From: Candidatus Latescibacterota bacterium
Lineage (GTDB): Bacteria > Latescibacterota > UBA2968 > UBA8231
Assembly (NCBI GenBank): GCA_965242865.1
Contig: CBDETK010000013.1
Location: 832,001-896,000 of the forward strand
Length of the DNA: 64,000 bases
Direction: 5' to 3'
The notes under the pieces were generated by a model that was not told the DNA's origin, did no database searches, and worked only from the letters and a program-made list of their open reading frames with translations. This document shows positions 18,087 through 28,022 of this stretch, piece after piece; positions within the stretch are counted from its first letter, which is position 1; the number at the start of each line of letters is the position of its first letter. Both the position numbers and the translations under genes were made by a program.

Positions 18087-20357
18087 CTAGCGGCCGGGTT
18101 CGACCATCCACTCCGGCAGGGCGATGCGATAGACGACCACATCCTCGAGCGGCTTGAAGCGGACGCGAGCCCCTTCCATGTCGGCGCGGTAGATGTCGGG
18201 CGCTTCGTCCTCGGACTTGAAGGCCAAAAGGCGCAACCGAGGCAGTTTGCGGTCGGGCCAGTACTGGCTTACGTCAATTGCGATATCGGCTCGGCAGCCA
18301 AAGGGCACGACGTCAATTTCCCATTTGCGCTCCTTAATGACGGCGGCCCCGTCGAGCTCGACCGGGCCAAATTGCCCCCGTTGCCCGCGGGTATCGACGA
18401 ACAAATAGTCCTCGCAAGAGGCATAGTCAATGGGGCCAGCGCCGGCGTCGGCCGAATAGACCAGCAGCGCGGAGTCCTGCCAAGCGCAAAACGAGCCGGG
18501 CGGAAGGTGATACGCGGCATCGCCCCGGTGGACGGTCCAAGGCTGCTCCCAGCCGAGGTTGGCATAGACTTCGAGGCCATTGCCGTAGATCACCCGCACC
18601 TGTCCTTGGACGAATGCGCCGGAAAGCAGCGCGTCGTTGGTGGCCAAAAACTGGTCGTTGTGGTAGTAGTCAATGGAGCGAACCGGGACGCGGAGATAGC
18701 GCTTTTGCAGGGCGTACAGCATGTAGTACGCCTTGACCGTAGAAGCGATGCCCCACTCTAGCTGGTCTGGCAGCAGGCAGGCGTGGCCAAAGGCCGCGGT
18801 CGCGGCGAGATAGCGGGCGAGGTAAGCGCTGCGGCTGTGTTTTTCGCCTTGGGGGATGTGCCCGGCAAAGTACTGGTCGATAGTGCCCAGCCCCGCATCG
18901 GTCTCTAGGGGGTGCAGGTTGTGCAGGTCGAAGTCCACCAGCGGCGGGATGCGGCTGGGGTTGGTCCCGACCATGCGGGCGAGGTAGCCGGTTAGGACGC
19001 CGGCGTAAAACCAGTGGTTGCCGCCGCTCCCGATGGCTAGGCCGGCTTGCGCTTGGGAGCGGAGGACGCCCTGTTGCCGGGCATGGCTGCTCACCAAGTG
19101 GTCGCCTAAGTCGTTGAATTCCCAAGGCGGAAGCTCGGCGTGTTCGCTTACGTACAGCGCGTCGCAGGGGTATTTGCCGCTGAGGGTGCGTGCGTGTTCG
19201 GGGGCGCGCGCCAGTGCTTGGGACGGCTTAAACAAATAGAGGCCCGGCCCGGTCGGAGTTGGGCTGCCGTTGGCGAGTTGGGCGGCCATATCGGGCTGCC
19301 CGATGTGGCGGTAGCCAACGTGGAGGCTGGTTTTGTAGCCCAGATCGGACAGGGCTTCGAGGTATTCGGCGAGGGCATCGGTGCCGCCTTTTGCGGCGGC
19401 CCCTTCCACCGCGAGCGTAGCATGGCCGTCGCCGTCGTGCCAAGTCTCGCTGGGGTGGTTGATCAGCAGGTGATCGACGCCCATCAGCTTGAGCCGGCGC
19501 ATATTCTCGTAGAGCTCGACATAGCTTTCTTGGGACGCATCGATGTAAGGGATATTGTACCAAGCCCAATCCGCCAGCGTTTCGCTCGGCCCGGCCTCGA
19601 CCGGGGAAAACGTCGGGAGCACTTCTTGGTGTTGAGTGGAGACCGTGATCAGCCAGTGCTCTTGCAAATCGCTGCGCTGGCCGCGGCCTTGGCTGGCGTA
19701 GCTACAGCCGCCGTTGAGTTGGACCGAGCGCTGGGACTCGGCTTCGGACGGGGCGTACAGGCTGGAAGCGCGCGAGCCGTGCCAATCCACAAAGCTCGAT
19801 AAGAAGTAGCCGGCCGTGCAGAGGATGCGCGGATAGTTGTCGCCTAAGTTGAAGTAGGGAATGGTGATCAGGCGCGGATGCAAGGCCCCGGTGACGCGGC
19901 CGAGCGAAAGGCCAGTGCCCTTGCCGTGCCCGCCCTCGATTTCCACGACGAGGGACTTGCCGCTGATGCGGAAGCGGTAGAGGAAGTTGGCTTGTTCCTC
20001 CCCTAACTTCCACTGCCAGCGGGCCTCGACGCAATCGCCGATTTGCTCGCAGGAGATGAGGTGCCGCTCTACTTCTTCGCTATCCGGCGGCCAAGTGGAG
20101 CCGCCCATTTCCACGGCAATTCCGCCGCCTTCGGCCGGCTTGATCGGGTTGCCCTTGTTGACTTCTAGCTCAATATCGGCGAAGGTTCCATCGATGGGCG
20201 TGTAGATGAATTGGGCGACGGCAGAGACGGAACGGCTCTCAAATACAAAGGAAATACCCTCTTTGCGGATCGAGGTTTCGACTTCTTCGCCAAGCGCGGG
20301 AAGAATCGAGGGTTGGCTTTGGCTAGCGGATGTCGTCGCCCCTGTGAGGTCTGTCAT
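18087..20357 (-). CDS. Large hypothetical protein, possibly glycoside-hydrolase-like (beta domain plus TIM barrel)
   Basis: 756-aa ORF with natural composition; no motif recognised with certainty. Confidence 0.6.
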   Translation of the reverse strand: MTDLTGATTSASQSQPSILPALGEEVETSIRKEGISFVFESRSVSAVAQFIYTPIDGTFADIELEVNKGNPIKPAEGGGIAVEMGGSTWPPDSEEVERHLISCEQIGDCVEARWQWKLGEEQANFLYRFRISGKSLVVEIEGGHGKGTGLSLGRVTGALHPRLITIPYFNLGDNYPRILCTAGYFLSSFVDWHGSRASSLYAPSEAESQRSVQLNGGCSYASQGRGQRSDLQEHWLITVSTQHQEVLPTFSPVEAGPSETLADWAWYNIPYIDASQESYVELYENMRRLKLMGVDHLLINHPSETWHDGDGHATLAVEGAAAKGGTDALAEYLEALSDLGYKTSLHVGYRHIGQPDMAAQLANGSPTPTGPGLYLFKPSQALARAPEHARTLSGKYPCDALYVSEHAELPPWEFNDLGDHLVSSHARQQGVLRSQAQAGLAIGSGGNHWFYAGVLTGYLARMVGTNPSRIPPLVDFDLHNLHPLETDAGLGTIDQYFAGHIPQGEKHSRSAYLARYLAATAAFGHACLLPDQLEWGIASTVKAYYMLYALQKRYLRVPVRSIDYYHNDQFLATNDALLSGAFVQGQVRVIYGNGLEVYANLGWEQPWTVHRGDAAYHLPPGSFCAWQDSALLVYSADAGAGPIDYASCEDYLFVDTRGQRGQFGPVELDGAAVIKERKWEIDVVPFGCRADIAIDVSQYWPDRKLPRLRLLAFKSEDEAPDIYRADMEGARVRFKPLEDVVVYRIALPEWMVEPGR

Positions 20358-20512
20358 GGAATGTCCTGACGTAGCGCGTTTTTAATTTTTTCAAAGTAAA
20401 TCAACATAGAGAATAAACCAGGGCATGTCAAGCGAAAGGCCCTCGATTTGACCGGGGAACAAAACCGTTCTATCTTGTTGTTTTTACAATAACTTTAGCC
20501 AATGAAGTCGCC

Positions 20513-21748
20513 TTGAAATCAAGGGATTGCATAGTGGTTGGCGGCGGGGCCGCCGGGATGCTGGCGGCCATTGTCGCGGCCGCGGCCGGCGAGCGGGTGA
20601 CCCTGCTCGAAGGCAGCGGAAAATTGGGGCGAAAGATATTGATTTCCGGCAATGGGCGCTGCAACCTGACGAATAGGGCCGCGGACGACCTCAAGCACTA
20701 CCACGGCACGCAGCCGCGCTTTGTCCGCTGCGCGCTCGACCAATTCCGCACCGAAGAGACCGTGGCGTTTTTTGCCGATTTAGGGATCGAGTTCCGCGAA
20801 GAGAAGCGGCAGCGTCTCTTTCCGGTGTCGGGTCAAGCGCAGGCGGTCGTCGATTTGCTCGCGGACCGCATGCGCTGCCTAGCGGTCCGCGTCGAAACCC
20901 ATGCCAAGGTGGTCCGCCTGCGCTGTGCGACTGGCTCGCCGCGCTTTGCACTGGGCGACGCCGAAGGGCGGCACTATACCGCCGGCCGCGTGATATTGGC
21001 CAGCGGCGGCGTCAGCTTGGCCCGCTTGGGAGCCGACCGGTCGGGCTTGGGCTTGGCCGCGGCGCTGGGCCATCGGCTCACCGCGCTCAAGCCCGGACTG
21101 GTGCCGCTAATAAGCCCGGAAAAATACCTCGCCCGCATGCAGGGGCTCAAAGTCCGGGCCGAAGTGCGCGTCGCGCTCAAGGGCGGGGGCGAGGCCGTTG
21201 ATACCGATGACTTGCTCTTTACAAAATACGGGGTCTCTGGGTTTACCATATTGAATCTCAGCGCTCGCTTGGTGCCCGAGTTGGGGCCGCAGCCGGCCGT
21301 ACTGCGGGTCAACTTCTTTCCCGGCCGCGGCCCAGAAGCGATCAGCCAATTGCTCAAAGCGCGCTGGCAGCGCCATCCCCACCGCTCGCTCGACCTGAGC
21401 TTTGCCGGCCTGCTCTCCAGCAAATTGGTGCGGCCCCTGTTGGCCCACTTGGGGATCGACGCGGCGCAGCGGGTCGAGCGGCTCGGCAAGCGGGTGCGCT
21501 GGCAGCTCGCCCAGTGCCTGACGAGTTGGCCGATCGCGGTCAGCGGCCCGCGCCCTTTTGACTACGCCGAAGTGACGATCGGGGGCGTGCGCACCGAGGA
21601 CATCAATCCCGCAACGCTCGAATCCTTTTTGGTGCCCGGGCTGTACTTTGCCGGCGAGATGGTTGACATTCACGCGGACTTGGGGGGCTTTAACTTCCAA
21701 TGGGCTTGGGCCAGCGGCGCGCTCGCCGGTCGTCGGCTGGGGTCGTGA
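20513..21748 (+). CDS. HI0933/YhiN-family flavoprotein
   Basis: VGGGAAG, GRKILISGNGRCNLTN, AEVTIGGV, GGFNFQWAWASG. Confidence 0.92.
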   Translation: MKSRDCIVVGGGAAGMLAAIVAAAAGERVTLLEGSGKLGRKILISGNGRCNLTNRAADDLKHYHGTQPRFVRCALDQFRTEETVAFFADLGIEFREEKRQRLFPVSGQAQAVVDLLADRMRCLAVRVETHAKVVRLRCATGSPRFALGDAEGRHYTAGRVILASGGVSLARLGADRSGLGLAAALGHRLTALKPGLVPLISPEKYLARMQGLKVRAEVRVALKGGGEAVDTDDLLFTKYGVSGFTILNLSARLVPELGPQPAVLRVNFFPGRGPEAISQLLKARWQRHPHRSLDLSFAGLLSSKLVRPLLAHLGIDAAQRVERLGKRVRWQLAQCLTSWPIAVSGPRPFDYAEVTIGGVRTEDINPATLESFLVPGLYFAGEMVDIHADLGGFNFQWAWASGALAGRRLGS

Positions 21749-21787
21749 ACACTGGCGCGCTGGGCCGGTGGACGTAGATTGAACCCG

Positions 21788-22393
21788 ATGCGAACCAATG
21801 AAACGGGCCGGGTGGCCGGCATCATTTTGGCGGCCGGCATGTCCACCCGCATGGGGCCGCTCAAGCAGTTGTTGCCCTTGGGGGGCCGGGCGGCCATTGA
21901 ATGGGTTGCCGCGGCAGTAGGGCCGCAGCTCGATGAGGTGGTGGTCGTGCTCGGCCACCGCGCTGAAGAGGTCGCCCCGGTATTGGCTGCTCATCCGGTC
22001 CGTTGGGTCGTCAACACTCGCTATCAAACGGGCATGCTCTCTTCGGTGCAGTGCGGGGTGCGGGCGGTGGACAGAGCGGCCGATTACTTGATTTGCCTCG
22101 GCGATCAACCGCGGCTGAGCAAAGCCGTCGTCGCGCAGGTGTTGCAGCGGAGACACCAGCGCGACGCTGGCATCATCATCCCCACGACCCACGGCAAAAG
22201 GGGCCATCCGGTGTTGATCGGCAACGCCTATCGGGCGGAAATTTTGGCCTTGCGGCCGGGCGTGGGATTGAACGCGGTGACTCGGGGCCATCCCGAAGAT
22301 ACGTGCGAGCTGCCGGTGGCCGAGCCGGCCATCCTAACCGACATGGACACGCCGGCCGACTACCAGCGCGAGTTAGACCACTGGCCAGAGTGA
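21788..22393 (+). CDS. Molybdenum cofactor cytidylyltransferase-like nucleotidyltransferase (MocA family)
   Basis: ILAAGMSTRMG..KQLL, LGDQP, GHPV, DMDTPADY. Confidence 0.88.
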   Translation: MRTNETGRVAGIILAAGMSTRMGPLKQLLPLGGRAAIEWVAAAVGPQLDEVVVVLGHRAEEVAPVLAAHPVRWVVNTRYQTGMLSSVQCGVRAVDRAADYLICLGDQPRLSKAVVAQVLQRRHQRDAGIIIPTTHGKRGHPVLIGNAYRAEILALRPGVGLNAVTRGHPEDTCELPVAEPAILTDMDTPADYQRELDHWPE

Positions 22394-22395
22394 TT

Positions 22396-23478
22396 ATGGA
22401 CGACATCCTCAGCGAAATTGTGCGGCGCAAGGAGCGGGGCGAGCGCCTGGCGTTGGCCTCGCTCGTGTGGAGCACCGGCTCGATCCCCATGAGCGAGCGG
22501 GCCAAAATGATCGTGGCCGAGCGAGGCGACGTAGTCGGGACCATCGGCGGCGGCTGCCTCGAAGCCGAGGTCTTGAGCGCGGGCCGCACCGCGCTGGAGA
22601 CCGGCGAGAACCAGCTTTTGCGCTACACCATGACGGAAAAACAAGCCGGGGAGAGCGGCTTAAACTGCGGCGGCAGCGTGCGGATTTACACCGAAGTCAT
22701 CGAGCCGGACGCGCAGGCCGACTTCTATGGCCGAGTGCTAGCGGCGCGGCGGGCGCGGCGCGGTTGCGCGTTGGCCACGCTGCTCAAACGCCGGTTTGAC
22801 TCGGCCGGGGAAGGGCGGTTGTGGCTCGGGGCCGACGGCAGCGCCTGCGGTTCGCTGGGCACGCCCGCCGCCGATCGCCAAGTGGAGGAGCGCTTGCCCC
22901 AGGTGCTCGGGCGCGAGCGCGGCCTCGTTTGCGCGGTGGGCGAGGGCGCGGAGGTATTTATCGAGCCGTTCTTGCCCGAACCGATACTCTATGTCTTTGG
23001 CGGCGGCCACGTCGGCGGGCAGATTTGCGCGTTGGCCAAAAACGTGGGCTTTCGCGTCGTCCTCATCGACGACCGCCCGGGGTTTGCCAACTCCACGCGC
23101 CATCCGCTGGCCGACGAGTGTTTGGTCGCCGGCATGGAGGAGGTATTCGCCCGCTTGCCCATCGACGCCCAGTCTTACATCATCGCGGCCACGCGCGGGC
23201 ACCAGCACGACGAAGTCGTCGTCGAAGCGGCGATCAAGACGCCGGCGCGCTACATCGGCATGCTGGGCAGCGAGCGCAAGAAGCTCATTTTGTGGCAGCG
23301 GATCGCCGCGCGCGGGGGCGACCCGCTGCGCTTGGACGCGGTCTTCGCGCCGATTGGGGCCAACATCGGGGCGGATACCCCGGCTGAGATCGCGGTCAGC
23401 GTCGTCGCCGAGCTGATCGAGCAGCGGCGCGGAACCCCCAAAGCGTGGAAGACGAAGCGAACCCCCCATGGACGATAA
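22396..23478 (+). CDS. XdhC/CoxI-family molybdoenzyme maturation factor
   Basis: GTIGGGCLE, GLNCGG, FGGGHV, TRGHQHD, YIGMLGS, PAEIAVS. Confidence 0.92.
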   Translation: MDDILSEIVRRKERGERLALASLVWSTGSIPMSERAKMIVAERGDVVGTIGGGCLEAEVLSAGRTALETGENQLLRYTMTEKQAGESGLNCGGSVRIYTEVIEPDAQADFYGRVLAARRARRGCALATLLKRRFDSAGEGRLWLGADGSACGSLGTPAADRQVEERLPQVLGRERGLVCAVGEGAEVFIEPFLPEPILYVFGGGHVGGQICALAKNVGFRVVLIDDRPGFANSTRHPLADECLVAGMEEVFARLPIDAQSYIIAATRGHQHDEVVVEAAIKTPARYIGMLGSERKKLILWQRIAARGGDPLRLDAVFAPIGANIGADTPAEIAVSVVAELIEQRRGTPKAWKTKRTPHGR

Positions 23479-24478
23479 ATTGCGCTATGGGGTGGCCGCC
23501 TGTCAGGTGGCCCAGCCCAATCCCACCGACCGCTCTGAAATGGCTCGCAACACCGTACGCATGGTCGAAATGGTCGATATGGCCGTTGAAGGCTATGGGC
23601 CGTTTATGGACGTCAAGTTGCTGGCCTTTCCCGAATTTGGCCACGCCGCGCCCATTTATCCCACCGCCAAGAGCTTGCTGGCCAAGTTGACCGTGCCCGT
23701 GCCCAACGAGCACACGGCCCGGTTGGCAGACAAAGCCCGCGAATTGGGCGTGTACATCCAAACGGCCACTTTTCTTGAAGAGGATCCGCAATGGCCGGGC
23801 AAGGTGTTCAACGCGACCTGCTTGCTCGGGCCGGAAGGGCTGTGGTACAAGTACCGCAAGGTCAACCCGTGGATTCCGTGGGAAGTCCACGCCAGCCCCC
23901 ACGACTTGGCCGACTACGACGCCGAGCTGTTCCCGGTGGCCCAAACGCCCATCGGCTGCATTGGCGCGGCCATCTGCTACGACTGGCTCTTCCCCGAGCC
24001 GTTGCGCCAGCTCGCGGCCCACGGCGCCGAAGTCCTCGTCCGCGTCTCGGCCTATATGGACCCGTGGGGGGCGACCCCGCCGCTGGATTGGTGGACCACG
24101 GTCAACCGCTGTCGGGCGCTGGAAAATACCGCGTATGTGCTGGCCGCCAACCAAGGGGCCGAGTTGAGGCACTATCCCCCCTTTTCTTGGCCGGGCGGCT
24201 CAATGGCGGTCGATTTCGACGGCCGCATCCTCGCCCAAGCCGACCCGGGGCCGGGCGAAAAAATCGTCGTCGCCGAAGTCGATATCGGGGCCTTGCGGTA
24301 CGCCCGCCAGCGGCGCACCGGCCACCACACCTTGGCCCACCTGCGCAGCGAAGCGTACCCCTTGTACAAACAGCCGTACTATCCGCAGGGCAGCTTGTCG
24401 GCAGCGGACAACCACACCGTGGCTATGAACGAAGAGCGCATTGCCGCGGCCAAGCAGCGGATAACCCGGCCGCGGTGA
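23468..24478 (+). CDS. Nitrilase / carbon-nitrogen hydrolase family
   Basis: Glu-Lys-Cys triad motifs FPE, YRK, ICYD. Confidence 0.9.
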   Translation: MDDKLRYGVAACQVAQPNPTDRSEMARNTVRMVEMVDMAVEGYGPFMDVKLLAFPEFGHAAPIYPTAKSLLAKLTVPVPNEHTARLADKARELGVYIQTATFLEEDPQWPGKVFNATCLLGPEGLWYKYRKVNPWIPWEVHASPHDLADYDAELFPVAQTPIGCIGAAICYDWLFPEPLRQLAAHGAEVLVRVSAYMDPWGATPPLDWWTTVNRCRALENTAYVLAANQGAELRHYPPFSWPGGSMAVDFDGRILAQADPGPGEKIVVAEVDIGALRYARQRRTGHHTLAHLRSEAYPLYKQPYYPQGSLSAADNHTVAMNEERIAAAKQRITRPR

Positions 24479-25191
24479 AGCACTATGGCGACCGGCAGCT
24501 TCGCCGCACCCTGCGCAAGTACGACACTCGGCAGGTGAGCCGCACCTTGGCAACCGGCTGCGCGTTGCAGATGACGACCGTCGGCGATGTAGATGCCTTG
24601 GTGGACCGCATGATCGAGCGCGAGGGGCGGCTCCAGCGGGTAGAGCGCTTTCCCTACTGGGCCGAGCTGTGGCCGACCGCGTGGGCCATGGCCCAGTGGT
24701 TTTGCCGCGCCGAGGAGCCGATCCCCAAAGGTTGGACCGGCGAGTTGGGCTGCGGTTTGGGGCTGGTCGGCCTTGCCTTAGCCAAGTTAGGTTGGCGCGT
24801 CGAAGCGACTGACTTCGTGGAGGATGCGCTGATTTTCGCCGCTCACAATGCCCGGCGCAACCGGGTCGGGCACACCCATCGGGTGGCCTATTTGGACTGG
24901 CGCAATCCCGTGGGGACGCCGCGCGAGTGCTGGGTGGGATCGGACATCCTCTACGAAAAGAAGAACCACCGCTATCTAGAGCGCGTCCTACACGCGCTGC
25001 TGTTGCCCGGCGGCCGCTTTTATCTCGGAGACCCCCAGCGCAAGGACGCAGCCGCCTTCGTCGCCCGGCTCGTGGCCCAAGGCTATAGTCAGCGGCGAGA
25101 AATGCAGGTCGAGACGTGGAATTCCATCGAGTACCAAGTCGCGATTTACGTATTTACCAAGCCTCAAGCCGCCAGCAAGGCACTCAGGTGA
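24475..25191 (+). CDS. Class I SAM-dependent methyltransferase (METTL21/lysine MTase-like)
   Basis: FPYWAELWP, ELGCGLG, SDILYE, DPQR; GTG overlaps the upstream stop. Confidence 0.85.
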   Translation: MKHYGDRQLRRTLRKYDTRQVSRTLATGCALQMTTVGDVDALVDRMIEREGRLQRVERFPYWAELWPTAWAMAQWFCRAEEPIPKGWTGELGCGLGLVGLALAKLGWRVEATDFVEDALIFAAHNARRNRVGHTHRVAYLDWRNPVGTPRECWVGSDILYEKKNHRYLERVLHALLLPGGRFYLGDPQRKDAAAFVARLVAQGYSQRREMQVETWNSIEYQVAIYVFTKPQAASKALR

Positions 25192-26108
25192 GCCGCCACC
25201 GAAGCCGCGGTCGCCTCCAAGTCGTACCCGCCCTCTAGCAGGGAGACGAGGCGGCCCTCGCAGTGGCGGGTGGCGAGCTGGAGCACCAGCTCGGTTAGCT
25301 CGCCATAGCCCTCTGCACTGAGCAGAACTTGCCCGAGGGGATCGCGGCGGTGGGCGTCAAAACCGGCCGATAGGAGGATGAAATCGGGTTGGAACTGGTC
25401 TAGGGCTGGAATGATGGTGTCGGTAAAGTGGCCGAGGTACTCGGCATCCGTGCTGCCGGCCGGCACCGGGATGTTCAAGGTTTGCCCTCGGCCCGCGCCC
25501 TGCCCGCGCTCGTCGGCCGCGCCCGTGCCCGGATAGAGGGGCGCTTGGTGGATGCTGCAAAAAAACACCGAGCCGTCGGCCTCAAAGATGTGCTGTGTGC
25601 CATTGCCGTGATGGACATCCCAGTCGATGATCGCGACTTTGTCGCAGCCGCATTCGGCCCGCAAGTAGTGGGCGGCAACCGCTGCGTTGTTAAAGAAGCA
25701 AAAGCCCATGATTTGCTCGACTTCGGCGTGATGGCCCGGGGGCCGCATGCAGCAGAAGGCATGGTCGGCGCGGCCGGCGAGCAGAGCGTCGATGGCGGTT
25801 AGGGGTGCCCCCGCCGCGAGCAGGGCGGCGCGGTGCGTGTTGGGCGAGGCGGCCGTGTCTTGGCTGACGTAGATGGGCCGCTCGACGCGGGCGAGGGCCG
25901 CGACTTGGTCTAAGTGAGCGGGCGAGTGCGCTCTGAGCAGGGCGCGACGCGGTGCTAACTGCGGCTGCAGGTGCAAAACCTCGTCCCAAAGCGCTTGGTC
26001 TTTTAGCTGCTGGACAATGGCTTCCAACCGGGCCGGGCGCTCGGGATGCCCCGCGCCCGGGTCGTGCAACAAGGCGTCCGGGTGGTAAATCAAGGCCGTC
26101 CTAGCCAC
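25164..26108 (-). CDS. Histone deacetylase-family (AcuC/HdaH-like) protein
   Basis: HPERPARL, RPPGHHA, GFCFFNN, DWDVHHGNGTQ, SAGFDAH, LEGGY. Confidence 0.95.
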   Translation of the reverse strand: MARTALIYHPDALLHDPGAGHPERPARLEAIVQQLKDQALWDEVLHLQPQLAPRRALLRAHSPAHLDQVAALARVERPIYVSQDTAASPNTHRAALLAAGAPLTAIDALLAGRADHAFCCMRPPGHHAEVEQIMGFCFFNNAAVAAHYLRAECGCDKVAIIDWDVHHGNGTQHIFEADGSVFFCSIHQAPLYPGTGAADERGQGAGRGQTLNIPVPAGSTDAEYLGHFTDTIIPALDQFQPDFILLSAGFDAHRRDPLGQVLLSAEGYGELTELVLQLATRHCEGRLVSLLEGGYDLEATAASVAAHLSALLAA

Positions 26109-26550
26109 AATCGCCTGCTTCTATGGAGGCAAGGGCGCGGCGTCCGAGGATGCGGATGTCCTCGGCGATAGCCGCATCGCCCAAGGCCGCGTGGTCGCAC
26201 CAGCGCAAGTGGGTGGATTCGCGGGGATTGATGCGGGCGTGTCCGCTTACTACGCGGCCAAAGTAAATCAGGTCGATGTGCTGATGCCCCGGTTCGATAT
26301 CCTCTAAGAGGATACACGCGGGGCGGTGGAGGACGGCGACCGGCCCCCATTGCTCGGGGCGGCCCAACAACTCAACGGTCAGGCCGGTCTCTTCGCGCAC
26401 TTCGCGGAGGGCGGCTTCTTCGGGCAATTCGCCCGGGTCAATGTGGCCGCCCGGGGGCAGCCAAGCCTGCATCTTCTTGTGCCACAACAACAGGGTGGCC
26501 CCCTCGTGGACGACAAAGGTCGTCGCCGTAAAGTCGCGGGTAATCGCCAA
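26101..26550 (-). CDS. NUDIX hydrolase
   Basis: Nudix box GGHIDPGELPEEAALREVREETGL. Confidence 0.92.
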   Translation of the reverse strand: MAITRDFTATTFVVHEGATLLLWHKKMQAWLPPGGHIDPGELPEEAALREVREETGLTVELLGRPEQWGPVAVLHRPACILLEDIEPGHQHIDLIYFGRVVSGHARINPRESTHLRWCDHAALGDAAIAEDIRILGRRALASIEAGDCG

Positions 26551-26720
26551 GGTCCGCTCGTCGTGCGTGGGTGAGGAGAAAGCGAGAGCGGGTCAATATA
26601 GCCGGCCGCTCGGTGGAACGAAAGCCCGCGCCCGCCCCGCGCTGCATTGACCAAGTTTTCTCGCCAATTATCTTACAAGCCCGCTGTTATATTCTTTAGA
26701 CTGATTAGACTGAGAGAGCT

Positions 26721-27905
26721 ATGGCTACTGAGATCGTCATGCCCAAGTTGGGATTGACCATGGAAAGCGGCGCAATCAGCGCTTGGTTGGTAGAAGAGGG
26801 CCAAGAGGTGCAAAAGGGCCAAGCCCTGTTGGAAATCGCCACCGACAAGGTGACCATGGAGGTTGAGGCGCAGGCCGCTGGGGTTCTGCGCAAAATTCTG
26901 GTGCCGCCCGGCGAGGAAGTGCCGGTATCGACCCCAATCGGCGTCATCGCCGCGGCCGACGAGGACATCAGCTCGTACAGCGCGGCCGCGCCGAGCGACC
27001 CGGTGCCGGCGGCTGCTTCGCCGCCAACCCCAGCCGCGCCGCCGGCCCCCGCGGCTGATTCCGCCGGCCGCCGGCCGCACAAGACCTCGCCCAAAGCGCG
27101 AAAAATAGCGGTCGAGCACGGCCTCGACCTGTCCGGCATCAGCGGCAGTGGCCCCGGCGGCCGGATCGTCAGCGCGGATGTGCTAACTTTGGTCGAGCGC
27201 GTTCAGCCGGCCCCGGCCCCAGCTCCGGTCGCCGAGGGGCGCGTTGAGCTGAGCCGCGCCGAGCAAGTGGCTGGCGAGCGGCTGACGGCCAGCTACCAAC
27301 AAATTCCCCACATCCACCTCAGCATGGACGTATCGGCCGTGTGGTTGCAGCAATTCCGCACCGGCTACGAGCTAGAGGGCAAAAAAATCTCCTTCAACGA
27401 TCTGATCGTCAAAGCCACGGCCCGCACCCTAGGCGAATTCCCCCGCGTCAACAGCTTGGAAGAAGGGGGGCACTTCCGCTACGCCGCCCAAATCAACGTC
27501 GGCATTGCCGTGGCGGCCGAGCAGGGCTTGGTGGTTCCGGTCCTGCGCGACGCGGCCGACAAGACGATCGAGGAAATCGCCTCGGAAGGGACGCGCCTGA
27601 TCGACGCGGCGCGCCGCGGCCAGTTGCGCCCGGACGACATGCTGGGCGGCACCTTTACCATCTCGAACTTGGGGATGTTCGGCGTCTCCCGCTTTACCGC
27701 GATCATCAACCCGCCCCAAGTGGCGATCTTGGCCGTCGGGGCCATAGAAAACCGGGTGGTCGCGGTCGGGGCCGACGCCTTTGCCGTGCGGCCGCAACTG
27801 ACCTTGACGCTGGCCGCGGATCACCGGGTCGTCGATGGCGCGCTGGGCGCCCGATTCCTCGCGCGGCTCAAGGAAGTATTAGAAACGCCCGGCTTGCTCG
27901 GCTAG
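26721..27905 (+). CDS. Dihydrolipoamide acyltransferase (E2) of a 2-oxoacid dehydrogenase complex
   Basis: Lipoyl motif TDKVTME, E3-binding GSGPGGRI, GTFTISNLG, DHRVVDG. Confidence 0.93.
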   Translation: MATEIVMPKLGLTMESGAISAWLVEEGQEVQKGQALLEIATDKVTMEVEAQAAGVLRKILVPPGEEVPVSTPIGVIAAADEDISSYSAAAPSDPVPAAASPPTPAAPPAPAADSAGRRPHKTSPKARKIAVEHGLDLSGISGSGPGGRIVSADVLTLVERVQPAPAPAPVAEGRVELSRAEQVAGERLTASYQQIPHIHLSMDVSAVWLQQFRTGYELEGKKISFNDLIVKATARTLGEFPRVNSLEEGGHFRYAAQINVGIAVAAEQGLVVPVLRDAADKTIEEIASEGTRLIDAARRGQLRPDDMLGGTFTISNLGMFGVSRFTAIINPPQVAILAVGAIENRVVAVGADAFAVRPQLTLTLAADHRVVDGALGARFLARLKEVLETPGLLG

Positions 27906-28022
27906 CCGCCCCTCACCTTGACCGGGTCTAGGCGGCCGGCTATCTTCAAAACCGCAAAATTAAGGCTCTTTTGCCCGTGCGCCCCGGGGGTGGAAGAGCG
28001 CGTCTTAGCATTGGAATAGTGC

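Noticed and set aside
21788-23478. MocA and XdhC without a molybdoenzyme as a novel system
   Set aside because: Maturation genes are commonly unlinked from their target enzymes.
26721-27905. Orphan E2 subunit
   Set aside because: Dispersed E1/E2/E3 genes are common, and the motifs are canonical.
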